IMG/VR virus record: IMGVR_UViG_3300029922_000001
Location: 310,001-374,000 of that record
DNA: 64,000 bases
Strand: one strand, 5' to 3'
Position 1 is the stretch's first letter; the number at the start of each line of letters is the position of its first letter. Both the position numbers and the translations under genes were made by a program. The notes under the pieces are model-generated. The model was not told the origin of the DNA and searched no databases. It saw nothing but the letters and a program-made list of their open reading frames with translations. Below are positions 39,275 to 47,848 of the stretch, in pieces.

Positions 39275-39515
39275 AATTTCCTTTTTAGTAAACGAAAACG
39301 ATTGGCTACCTAATGATGACACTGAACGATGTCAAGCTACTATTGATGATATATTGCATCATGCAATAGGTAATCAACACTCATTGATTGAACAAGCAAT
39401 GGTTGATGGTGCTACAACAGGCAATGATATCTATAAAGATTTAGAAGCGATGTACAGAGTTAAACTTGATATTCTAAAACAAATGCAACGCAATATCAAT
39501 GTTAAAGTGATTTGA
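39267..39515 (+). CDS. hypothetical protein
   Basis: ORF in operon spacing. Confidence 0.6.
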   Translation: MIKISFLVNENDWLPNDDTERCQATIDDILHHAIGNQHSLIEQAMVDGATTGNDIYKDLEAMYRVKLDILKQMQRNINVKVI

Positions 39516-39580
39516 AATTTATTGGGTGGAAATTATGGATTCAGGAAGGAAACTCAATAGCTATGCTTTAAAATAAAAGT

Positions 39581-40384
39581 ATGGCTATTGAATCATCATC
39601 CGACGCATTATCGTTTACAAACGATTTAGGAGCAGTTTATGCAGTTTACACTAATGCACTAACTCCTACTGTGTTAACTAACGCATTAGATGCTATGGTT
39701 ACAGCACGTAGTGAACTACAGAGTTTACTACCAAATCCAGGTGATTCTCCTACAGTCCAACAAGCTGCGGCATTTGATAATTTCCTTACTTTGCTTACTG
39801 CTGTTAGAACAATAGAAAAGAATTTAACCCCTCCTGCTTCACCTAGTAATGCTTATATTGACCCAACTTATCAAGCAACAGCAAACGCTCCAGTAGCAAC
39901 TGCTTTATTTGGTATTTTAACTAATGCCTGTGTAGCTCTTAATAACTATTTTAAGAATACATACGGAAGTACATTAGCTACTTATGCATTCTCAGGTACA
40001 CCTTCTCCAGCTTGGGGATCTTCTTTTACCGCATTATGGCGTAATGCAATGAATGCGGAATTGCCACAAAAAATTGGAACCTTTACAGGTACTTCACCTT
40101 TTTCACCTTCAGGTATTACTTGGGTCTTACCAGATACAGTTGAATTAAGAGTAACTGGTGTTGCTGGAAGTCCTTCAATTTTAAATTTTAGTGGTACTTT
40201 CTATAAGTCTACTGGTGGTCTTAGCGAAGTCGTCACGGCTCAATTACCAACAACTAGAACAACATCTACTATTTTACCTTTAGTGTCTGCAAGTTCACCT
40301 AATACTTGGGTTTCAGTTTCGGGAACACCTACAATGACAGGTATGCAAGCTGGTGATGTTGTAGAACTTTGGCAACACAGTTAA
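39581..40384 (+). CDS. probable virion structural protein (Thr/Ala/Ser-rich)
   Basis: AAGGA 30 nt upstream (class III); composition unlike the flanking small genes. Confidence 0.7.
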   Translation: MAIESSSDALSFTNDLGAVYAVYTNALTPTVLTNALDAMVTARSELQSLLPNPGDSPTVQQAAAFDNFLTLLTAVRTIEKNLTPPASPSNAYIDPTYQATANAPVATALFGILTNACVALNNYFKNTYGSTLATYAFSGTPSPAWGSSFTALWRNAMNAELPQKIGTFTGTSPFSPSGITWVLPDTVELRVTGVAGSPSILNFSGTFYKSTGGLSEVVTAQLPTTRTTSTILPLVSASSPNTWVSVSGTPTMTGMQAGDVVELWQHS

Positions 40385-40404
40385 TCTTTGTGCTATAATA
40401 AAGC

Positions 40405-40782
40405 ATGATTATTCCTATCATTTTATTAGTTATTGGCATTTTATTGATTATCGTTAGTTGGGTTTCTAAGGACAAAGTATTGTCAAACAAGCTATACGGT
40501 CAAGGTATCAATTTAGTCGTATTAGATTTACTTTTTGGATTTTTAATTTATGGTACTTCTTGTACAAGCAGAACACAACAAGTAGAAATTCCACGTTCAC
40601 AATATGAATATTTCCAAACCAAAACAGGGATTTTACTTTTCAATCCTCATGAACAAGCTTTTACGGAGGATTATCGTTGTAAGCTAAATCCCGAAAGAGC
40701 CATTTTGGTTAAAAACATTTCTTATAATCAATATGGTTATCAAATGACAGAAAAAGAGAAGTATACAGTAGAATTCAAATAG
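40405..40782 (+). CDS. hypothetical membrane protein (paralog of the next ORF)
   Basis: two TM segments; T.DY...LNP..A.....N.YG shared with 40797. Confidence 0.7.
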   Translation: MIIPIILLVIGILLIIVSWVSKDKVLSNKLYGQGINLVVLDLLFGFLIYGTSCTSRTQQVEIPRSQYEYFQTKTGILLFNPHEQAFTEDYRCKLNPERAILVKNISYNQYGYQMTEKEKYTVEFK

Positions 40783-40796
40783 GGTATACTAAAAAA

Positions 40797-41225
40797 ATGA
40801 TCACAGTAGTTTTGCTTTTCTTCTTTTTTGGTGTTTTGTTTATTCTGGGTGCCGAACAATCTCAACATCATAACACGACTTATAATCCTAAATCTAATAA
40901 ATTTTATTTTTGGGATTATGTTGCTATGCTTGGACTTATTGGTGGTTTCATGAATGTAGTAACGGGTGGATTTTGTGGTTATGGGTTTGAACCTGATGGT
41001 GATAAAACTGTTTACACTTATGTTTCTCCACGTAATTATGAAATTAAACGACTTAAAGATGGTGTAACCTTTGTTTTTAATAAGGAAAATAAGCAAACAA
41101 CAAAAGATTACTTGACTTGTTTAAATCCTGATAAGGCTGTTGTTTGGTATGTTGTAGAAACCAATCATTATGGCACAAAATATACGTCTTACGAAATCAA
41201 TCCATATATTCCACCAACACGATAA
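40797..41225 (+). CDS. hypothetical membrane protein
   Basis: two TM segments; leaderless promoter. Confidence 0.7.
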   Translation: MITVVLLFFFFGVLFILGAEQSQHHNTTYNPKSNKFYFWDYVAMLGLIGGFMNVVTGGFCGYGFEPDGDKTVYTYVSPRNYEIKRLKDGVTFVFNKENKQTTKDYLTCLNPDKAVVWYVVETNHYGTKYTSYEINPYIPPTR

Positions 41226-41240
41226 TTTGAGGTATACTCT

Positions 41241-41456
41241 GTGTATATAATGAAAAAAATTATTAAAGGATGTTATCAGGGGCGACACTGTTGGAAAAAT
41301 ATTATGAGTGTTGACAATGGTTATGGATCAGACAAAATAGTACAATGGTGTACTGAGTGTGGTAGTGTAATCATTGTTACTGAATGTGATGGAAGATTGA
41401 TGAATAAAGGCGATTTACAGTGTCCAGAAATCACAAGAACAGTACATGCAAGCTAA
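41241..41456 (+). CDS. zinc-ribbon protein (paralog of 42005)
   Basis: C....HCW...WCTECGSVI...KGDL..PE.T. Confidence 0.65.
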   Translation: MYIMKKIIKGCYQGRHCWKNIMSVDNGYGSDKIVQWCTECGSVIIVTECDGRLMNKGDLQCPEITRTVHAS

Positions 41457-42033
41457 TTTGTGGTATACTCAATCTATGATTATAGAAATGAGAATCAGCC
41501 AAGAAGAAAAGGAACGTCTATCTCCCAACGATCCACTTCAAGATGCCATGTTCATCTTAAAAGACATGAAACAGCGATTGTATTTATCTTTGTGTGCAGA
41601 AATTGCAAGAAACCTGGAATATAAAGTAAAAACGGCAGAAGCCGCAGAATTTTTAGATCATCCAGATGATATCAAGATTCTGCAAAAAGATGTTGAATTT
41701 TTCGATAGTCGTGTTAAACATTTTGAAGTCTTACGTGATATAGTTAGTGATAGCATGTGGGCTATTAAAGGTGGTTTTGATGGACGAATTGAGAAAGCAC
41801 TAGACATGTCATTCCGGTGTAGCCAATATGATGGTAGTCATCATAAAGATTGGTGCAATGATCAAATGGTGAGGGCACTTACTGGTTGTCCAATGGTTGA
41901 AAAGAAAGCTATTGATTGTCGTGGTAAAGAATACACCTATGAAACACAAGGTGAGTCAGATGATTATCTAGCATGGATTGAAAAATACACAGAGGGAGGA
42001 CAGTATGAATGGAATACAGGCACCCCTGCATAA
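41446..42033 (+). CDS. hypothetical protein
   Basis: DGSHHKDWC.DQMVRAL...W..G.PA pattern. Confidence 0.7.
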   Translation: MQANLWYTQSMIIEMRISQEEKERLSPNDPLQDAMFILKDMKQRLYLSLCAEIARNLEYKVKTAEAAEFLDHPDDIKILQKDVEFFDSRVKHFEVLRDIVSDSMWAIKGGFDGRIEKALDMSFRCSQYDGSHHKDWCNDQMVRALTGCPMVEKKAIDCRGKEYTYETQGESDDYLAWIEKYTEGGQYEWNTGTPA

Positions 42034-42277
42034 CATCTTACATGAGTTACAACGTCCTTTGACTGGATGTTGTTTTGATATGCATGAATTTGTAGAAATT
42101 CATCAAGAAGATCATGGCAATGGAGAATCTACAGTGATTAAATGGTGCAAACAATGTGGTAGTGTAATATCATCATTAGAATTAAATCATGTGTTGTTTG
42201 CAAAAGGTGATTTATATATTCCTGAAGTTACACAACTTACCGCAAATGCCAATTCGGAGGATTTTATAGATGAATGA
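42005..42277 (+). CDS. zinc-ribbon protein
   Basis: WCKQCGSVI...KGDL.IPEVT. Confidence 0.6.
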   Translation: MNGIQAPLHNILHELQRPLTGCCFDMHEFVEIHQEDHGNGESTVIKWCKQCGSVISSLELNHVLFAKGDLYIPEVTQLTANANSEDFIDE

Positions 42278-42497
42278 ACAAATTTGTATTCCTAGAAAGC
42301 GAAGGTGGAGTAAAAACTACGACACCCATCATAATTACGTTGCAATATATGACACACAACATAAAAGTTACATACCAGATGGTATGAAATTTCAAAATTT
42401 TTCTACTGAAAACATTATGGCTATGAAAACAAAAGAAGATAAAAGCACATATGTTCATTCTATATGTACTCATTGTGGTAATATAATTAAAAGATAA
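42270..42497 (+). CDS. zinc-ribbon hypothetical protein
   Basis: C...H...CTHCG. Confidence 0.6.
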   Translation: MNEQICIPRKRRWSKNYDTHHNYVAIYDTQHKSYIPDGMKFQNFSTENIMAMKTKEDKSTYVHSICTHCGNIIKR

Positions 42498-43210
42498 TGA
42501 TCATTTTTGCGATACTTGCTGCTATAGCAACAATATTGGGTGGACTATTTAGTTTGAGGTTTTCAGACTATAGGCATATTATTCGTGCATTTAGTGCAGG
42601 AGCGGTAATTGGTGTCTGTTTGTTTGATCTACTTAAAGAAGCACTAGTGTCCACCCAAGGGCATTACGATTTCAGTACTGTTTTATTAGTGATGGCATTT
42701 GGTTTTGGAATTTACTTTACTATAAGTAACTGGATTAGTTTGACTTCACACAGTAATGATGAATGTAAAAACAAAAAACACAAAACCATTCTCGGAGCAG
42801 GTAGTTTATCACTTCATAGTGTTCTTGATGGCGTTGCTTTAGGTTTGACATTTCATGTTTCACCAATATTGGGTCTTGCAATGGCATGTGGTATTATCTC
42901 ACATGATTTTTCTGATGGTATCAATACAACCAATATGGTGATTAAAAATGGTGGTTCCTTTAAGGAAGCTTTACACTGGTTGTTTATAGATGCATTAGCT
43001 CCAATTGTTGGTGTTATTCTTACTTTGTTCATTGTGTTATCTGCACATGTTATGGGATTGGTTTTAGCTTGTTTTGCAGGATTCTTTCTCTATATTGGTG
43101 CATCTGATTTAATCCCTGAGTGTCACCATGAACATCCTAAGTACTTAACAAGTATTATGTTTTTTGTTGGTTTACTCTTTATGTGGGTTGTAATTCACTT
43201 CGCAGGTTAG
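42497..43210 (+). CDS. ZIP-family (ZupT-like) metal transporter
   Basis: multiple TM segments; AFSAG, LHSVLDGVALG, HDFSDG, AGFFLYIGASDLIPE.H. Confidence 0.9.
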   Translation: MIIFAILAAIATILGGLFSLRFSDYRHIIRAFSAGAVIGVCLFDLLKEALVSTQGHYDFSTVLLVMAFGFGIYFTISNWISLTSHSNDECKNKKHKTILGAGSLSLHSVLDGVALGLTFHVSPILGLAMACGIISHDFSDGINTTNMVIKNGGSFKEALHWLFIDALAPIVGVILTLFIVLSAHVMGLVLACFAGFFLYIGASDLIPECHHEHPKYLTSIMFFVGLLFMWVVIHFAG

Positions 43211-43225
43211 GGTATACTTGCGTAT

Positions 43226-43441
43226 ATGAACACAGACATATGCTTTACCAAAAACGGATTAAGGTATTCTATAACAGAAAACGCCTACGATCTTAATGCT
43301 TCGCACGTTAAACTCCCAAGCGGAGAATATTATCGCATTGAATCTTGGCTGGAATCTATGCCACCACAAGTTATTCTTAGTAATAAACCAGAAACTATAG
43401 ATTTGGATGATGTAATAGCTTATGCAAAAACAATTAATTAA
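43226..43441 (+). CDS. hypothetical protein
   Basis: leaderless promoter. Confidence 0.65.
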   Translation: MNTDICFTKNGLRYSITENAYDLNASHVKLPSGEYYRIESWLESMPPQVILSNKPETIDLDDVIAYAKTIN

Positions 43442-43601
43442 GGAAGTCGATCACTCTTTTGATGATGATTTCTATCAAAAATACGTAACACCACAAACTA
43501 GAACAATTCGAACTCATACTACGTAATGGTAATACAATGTATCAGATAATACTATTCGAAAATGGATAAAAGCTTATCAAAGTGAGGTATAATTAAAGCA
43601 T

Positions 43602-43672
43602 GTCTTAGAAGCATTTTGGTGATGCAAGGGACTCTAAATCCCTATAACGGAGTTCGAATCTCCGCTAAGACG
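43602..43672 (+). tRNA. amber suppressor tRNA (anticodon CTA)
   Basis: GTCTTAG-AA-GCAT(TTTGGTG)ATGC-A-AGGGA(CTCTAAA)TCCCT-ATAA-CGGAG(TTCGAAT)CTCCG-CTAAGAC-G; no encoded CCA. Confidence 0.9.
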
Positions 43673-43682
43673 CGAGAAAAAT

Positions 43683-43850
43683 ATGAAAAAACTCACAAAA
43701 AAAGAAAATGCTATTTTTGATGCAGCATGGGATGAAGGCTATGAAGCCTATCATAAAGCTGTGTTACGTGAAAATAATCCTCATATTGTTTTAGTGGCAA
43801 ATGATGGTTGGGATGAAGGTTGGGAAATTGCATGGGAAGATGATCAATAA
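43683..43850 (+). CDS. Rmf-like miniprotein (55 aa)
   Basis: WDEGYEAY...NNPH...GWDEGW..AW. Confidence 0.55.
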   Translation: MKKLTKKENAIFDAAWDEGYEAYHKAVLRENNPHIVLVANDGWDEGWEIAWEDDQ

Positions 43851-43867
43851 GGTGTATAATAACGATA

Positions 43868-44095
43868 ATGAAGAAAATGAAGAAAATTCAAGCTAAATAT
43901 GTTACCGTGTGGGATAGTGGACTAAGGATTTCTGCAAACTGTGAAATTGATATTTCAGTAAGACCAGTGCGCTTAATGAGCGTAGAATCAGTTTATAATC
44001 CAGATATTCAAGCTGGTAATATTATTGAAGAATATATTACACACCACGAATATGATCCAGAATATGTTCCAGTATATAGGGAATGGGAAGTTTAA
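43868..44095 (+). CDS. hypothetical protein
   Basis: Y.TVWDSG motif. Confidence 0.65.
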   Translation: MKKMKKIQAKYVTVWDSGLRISANCEIDISVRPVRLMSVESVYNPDIQAGNIIEEYITHHEYDPEYVPVYREWEV

Positions 44096-44133
44096 ACTTC
44101 CCCAACGAGAAAATTTGAGGTATACTTGTTCAC

Positions 44134-44367
44134 ATGAAGAATTATTATAGCTCTGAAAAAATCAACGAAAGAATTAATGAAAGAACTAAGATTTATGATT
44201 TGCTTGCAGAAGTAATTGGAAAACCTAGTTTTCTTAATGAATTGCAAAAAAGATATCCCAATGTTGATTGGAACCAAGTACAATATGATGATGGTCAAAC
44301 TAGTTTAATGCACGTTCAGAATGATATTGAACATTTAAATATTGACGCGACAATTTACTACCCATAA
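44134..44367 (+). CDS. hypothetical protein
   Basis: class II promoter. Confidence 0.7.
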   Translation: MKNYYSSEKINERINERTKIYDLLAEVIGKPSFLNELQKRYPNVDWNQVQYDDGQTSLMHVQNDIEHLNIDATIYYP

Positions 44368-44368
44368 T

Positions 44369-44989
44369 ATGCTATATACATTTGATAAAGAATACACATT
44401 CTCCATTACAGACGCTGAAATCAAGCGTTGTGAAGAATTCGCAGATGCTTCTACAAACGACTATTGGAAGCGCAACCAAACTGATTCAGATCGAATCAAA
44501 CAACAGATTGTTTTCGGAAAACTAGGAGAGCTAGTTGCCGCTAAGTTCCTTGTACGACATTTGAAACAACCTGTTATGGAACCAGACTTCCGCATTTACA
44601 CTAGAGATACCAAAAGTTGGGATGCGGACTTCCCCTATAAGTCATTAGGACTTGGAAATAAGAATTTCCATGTTAAGGCTTATGCTCCAAGTGATAAACC
44701 AGAATCATGGGCATTTCAATTTAAGAACAAGAGTGGCAACGGTGGAACCGATAAGCTATTTGAGAACTTCCCAGAACATAAGAAGGATTGTGTTATCTGT
44801 GTTTTGGTTGATGTAGATAATAAAAAGGGCTACATCAGAGTATTGGCTAATTGGGGAGACTTGCATTATCTTCTACGTGATCCAATATCTTATCAATTGA
44901 GAGGATTGAAGAAGTTCCTTTATTATGAGGACCTTATCAATCTCAAGAACGAAGAAAAAGATAGTGAAAAATCTGATTCAGAAGCTTGA
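44369..44989 (+). CDS. conserved phage protein, possible PD-(D/E)XK fold
   Basis: GKLGELVA, PDF.IY, WDADF, HVKA. Confidence 0.6.
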   Translation: MLYTFDKEYTFSITDAEIKRCEEFADASTNDYWKRNQTDSDRIKQQIVFGKLGELVAAKFLVRHLKQPVMEPDFRIYTRDTKSWDADFPYKSLGLGNKNFHVKAYAPSDKPESWAFQFKNKSGNGGTDKLFENFPEHKKDCVICVLVDVDNKKGYIRVLANWGDLHYLLRDPISYQLRGLKKFLYYEDLINLKNEEKDSEKSDSEA

Positions 44990-45014
44990 CAAAGACTAGG
45001 AAGATGGGTATAAT
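44986..45014 (+). promoter_or_regulatory. consensus sigma70 promoter
   Basis: TTGACA-17-TATAAT. Confidence 0.85.
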
Positions 45015-45019
45015 GAATA

Positions 45020-45590
45020 CGTTGCAGGGTTGAGAGACTGTAGCTGGAGCCTCCTAAAAAGGTTTGGTTGGATTCCTTGTAAAAATCCAACATGAAACCG
45101 AGAGGAATGACCCATAACTTAGCAGACCTCTTTCTAGCGGGGGTTCTCGAAAAAGCTAGAAACCGAGGGGCTGTTCGATTTCAGCGATTGTAACCTTTCT
45201 TAGTAGGATTCTCGAAAACTAAGAACCGAGAAGGTGTATTAATGGCTTCTTTCCTGGTAGAAGTTCTCGAAAAACTAGGAACCGAGAGTTGATTTTAAGT
45301 TCAATCATTGCCTTGCTTGTTGGGTTCTCGAAAAAACAAGCTCCTTCCGAGATAGATCGTCTAACGATCACGCAGAAAAATAGTGGGGTGTTCTCGGACT
45401 CCAGGTACCAACTATGAAGTATGAAGTAAAGTAAACGAAAAATAATTGTCCCATGAGATTGGGTTGACCAACTCCGCAAGTTTAAGCGACTGATTAACTA
45501 TGCGTAAAAGTAAAAAGTGCAAATATTATAAATGGCGTAAGTAGTTTATTTTGCGAATTTTCCTCAGAAATGAGGGAAAACGAGAAAATA
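45020..45590 (+). ncRNA. ncRNA locus C with repeated TTCTCGAAA-loop hairpins or pseudoknots
   Basis: four units near 45128-45170, 45193-45235, 45245-45290 and 45312-45352, plus a fifth GTTCTCG loop near 45390; no credible ORF. Confidence 0.7.
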
Positions 45591-45607
45591 TGATGGTATA
45601 ATAAGTT

Positions 45608-46636
45608 ATACAAAAGAACATTGAAAATTGAATATGAGCCGCGCTCAATAAATATCGGAAAAGAACGGTAAAATTGAAGTTTAGTAAATTTAAATCCGTC
45701 ACCTAATCAGGTAAAAACATGAAAGTAAATAGATAATACGGAAATCATTAACTGCTTAGTCAGTTACTATCATTAAGGGGAAAGAAAGAATAAGATAGTC
45801 CACCGACGCGATACATATTAAAGTAGGGTACGAAATAGAAATATGAACGTATCTTGGAATTAATTTTCCAACGAGATTTGTTGAAAAACAAAATAGGGAT
45901 GGGATAGACCGAATAAACGCTTTTGGAGTCTGCAACAGTAGTTGTGACGATGAATTAAGAAGTTAGAAATAATAGTTCACTGGGCACCCATGCGAATTAA
46001 GGATGTCAAGATCGGGAAGGTGGCAAACTTCCCTTGCGAGATGTTAGAAATACTATAAAAGTACACCAACTTAGTTGTGGAAAATTAATTAATTCTAGCA
46101 CTCCGAGATTTATTAGGTGGCAAAACCGCAATATTTATAAGTTGCGTACCTAGCTGTAGGGTGATAGCCTATCCGTTTTTATAGGGTAAACATACAGTCT
46201 AATGAATCTCTAAATTGAAAACTGAATATGGAATAACACTCGCTCTAGAGCTATCGGCTTTTAAACAACCTGGTGCCAAAATAAAGTAACGGCTATAACT
46301 ATATAGTTAGTTTTCGAATTATAGTGAAAGGAATTAATATTCCTAACGAGATTTATATGATCGCAGATTCCGCTTGCAAACATAGTTGGTTTCGGGAGCG
46401 ACGTTAATGGGTATATCCCACGAGATTTTTACAGACTGTTTGATTGGATTATCTAACAAAACATAAAGAACATCAACACTAAACCGCAAAAGAAAGAGTC
46501 ATGTACTACCATGAACGCTTTTGCATTTTTACCATTCTGTTATTTGTTTGTAAGAATCTTCTGGAGCAATTGTAGTAGTTGCTTGGTTATTGTATCCCTT
46601 TCATTTCAATTTGCCCTACCCACAAGGTGGGGCAAA
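45608..46636 (+). ncRNA. large (~1 kb) ncRNA locus D
   Basis: own TGGTATAAT (-10 near 45597), boxA-like elements at 45616 and 46214, many hairpins, five hairpin-CGAGA ends, terminal hairpin 46610-46636. Confidence 0.65.
46610..46636 (+). terminator. terminator-like hairpin
   Basis: TTTGCCCTACC-CACAA-GGTGGGGCAAA. Confidence 0.6.
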
Positions 46637-46651
46637 ACTGTTTATAATAGC

Positions 46652-46936
46652 ATGATGACAGCTATAGAAATTTTACAAGCAGCCTTGGATAATGATTTAC
46701 GCATTATCACTTTTATCAATGATGGTCAAAATCCACAAATTAAAGGTAAGTATCTAGCACAATTCTTTGTCTTCCCAGTAAAATCAACTGATATTGTTCT
46801 AACTGGTGAAGGTGATACTATCGAACAAGCTATTTTAGATATTCAGCCATATTTCGAAGAGTATGGATATAATATGCCACCCAAAATATCAGAAAAAGAT
46901 GAAGAAATTGATCTAGAAACGAAAACTGAGGTATAA
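46652..46936 (+). CDS. hypothetical protein
   Basis: leaderless after TATAAT; the track start at 46511 runs into the ncRNA. Confidence 0.65.
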   Translation: MMTAIEILQAALDNDLRIITFINDGQNPQIKGKYLAQFFVFPVKSTDIVLTGEGDTIEQAILDIQPYFEEYGYNMPPKISEKDEEIDLETKTEV

Positions 46937-46945
46937 TAAGATCAA

Positions 46946-47389
46946 ATGGGAAATCTAAATCTAAAAACATCAGACACACCTGAAAAGCAAATGGAAGCTT
47001 CTGGTTGTTTGACTCTAATCTTTTGTCTATGCCTTACACCGTTCGTTTGGTATTACATGACAATGTACAACGCTTATGTTTTTGCTGACATCTGGAATTG
47101 GTTCATGCCTGTTCTCTTTGGCGTAAAAGCAATTACTATGTGGCACGCTGCCGCTATCGGTTCACTCTCTGGATTTATCACTTCCGGTCTTTATGTGTTG
47201 CACGTTAGTACTCAACAGGAATTTAATAAGATTAAGAAGGCTTTGAATATTCCTGATGAACAATTGCTTACAGGATGGGATGTTCTTGGGCATTTCGTTA
47301 AACTTTGGGGTATTGGTATTATGGTTATCACTGTTATGTGGTTCTTTGCCTATGTCGTCAATGTGTTCTTCTTCACGAAGGGCGGTTAA
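46946..47389 (+). CDS. hypothetical membrane protein
   Basis: 3-4 TM segments; WNWFMP.LFG. Confidence 0.7.
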   Translation: MGNLNLKTSDTPEKQMEASGCLTLIFCLCLTPFVWYYMTMYNAYVFADIWNWFMPVLFGVKAITMWHAAAIGSLSGFITSGLYVLHVSTQQEFNKIKKALNIPDEQLLTGWDVLGHFVKLWGIGIMVITVMWFFAYVVNVFFFTKGG

Positions 47390-47428
47390 ATATTTCCCCA
47401 ATAGGGGAAATCGAGGTATACTGACAAT

Positions 47429-47800
47429 ATGATTTACTTTATCTTATATGTATTGTTTGTATTAGTTTCTTTTGTGCTGGTGTTAAAATTCTACCCTTAT
47501 GAATTCGCTGAATGCAAAATTGATGATTCGTCTCAAGAATACGATCTAGAAATTAATCCTATTACGAATCGACTAGAAGTTGTAAAAACTAAAGACATTG
47601 ACGAAAGCTATGTGTTTGAATTTTTATTGTTATATCCATTCTATATGCTTAAATTGCTATTTAAGTTTTTAGCATATTGGACATACCGTACATTTAATAA
47701 GGGTATTACCAAAGAACAGAAATTAGAAGCAGAACTTCAGGATTTAAACCAGGCAATTAAGGAAGCAAAAGCAGAATTAGATAGTCTAAAAGAGGTATAA
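47429..47800 (+). CDS. hypothetical membrane protein
   Basis: class II promoter; TM segments. Confidence 0.7.
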   Translation: MIYFILYVLFVLVSFVLVLKFYPYEFAECKIDDSSQEYDLEINPITNRLEVVKTKDIDESYVFEFLLLYPFYMLKLLFKFLAYWTYRTFNKGITKEQKLEAELQDLNQAIKEAKAELDSLKEV

Positions 47801-47848
47801 TTCAAGCATGTTAGGCGAAATTATCCGCAAATGAGGTATACTTAGCAA

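Noticed and set aside
43442-43593. functional HTH gene upstream of the amber tRNA
   Set aside because: the VSDNTIRKWIK fragment is broken by stops and frameshifts; at most a decayed endonuclease-associated HTH remnant
43602-43672. tRNA-Pyl
   Set aside because: canonical TTCGA T-loop, D-loop GG, 5-bp anticodon stem and two nt at positions 8-9 are unlike tRNA-Pyl; no pyl genes
45020-45210. tmRNA, or a tRNA with a large insertion
   Set aside because: the 5' GTTGCAG pairs equally well locally (CTGTAGC); no G3-U70 Ala stem, no CCA, no tag ORF, and too short
45128-45352. CRISPR array
   Set aside because: repeats are degenerate and structure-conserved rather than identical, there are no unique spacers of constant length, and no cas genes are nearby; the same applies to 6919-7181 and 30449-30607
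45219-45479. minus-strand 86-aa ORF (also 7075-7260 and the first 47 aa of 46511)
   Set aside because: antisense or spill-over readings of ncRNA regions, with no start context or protein-like composition
45608-46636. RNase P RNA or a group I/II intron
   Set aside because: no GAGGAAAGTCC or 3' RNase P signature, no recognisable group II domain V or group I P7 core, and no interrupted host gene
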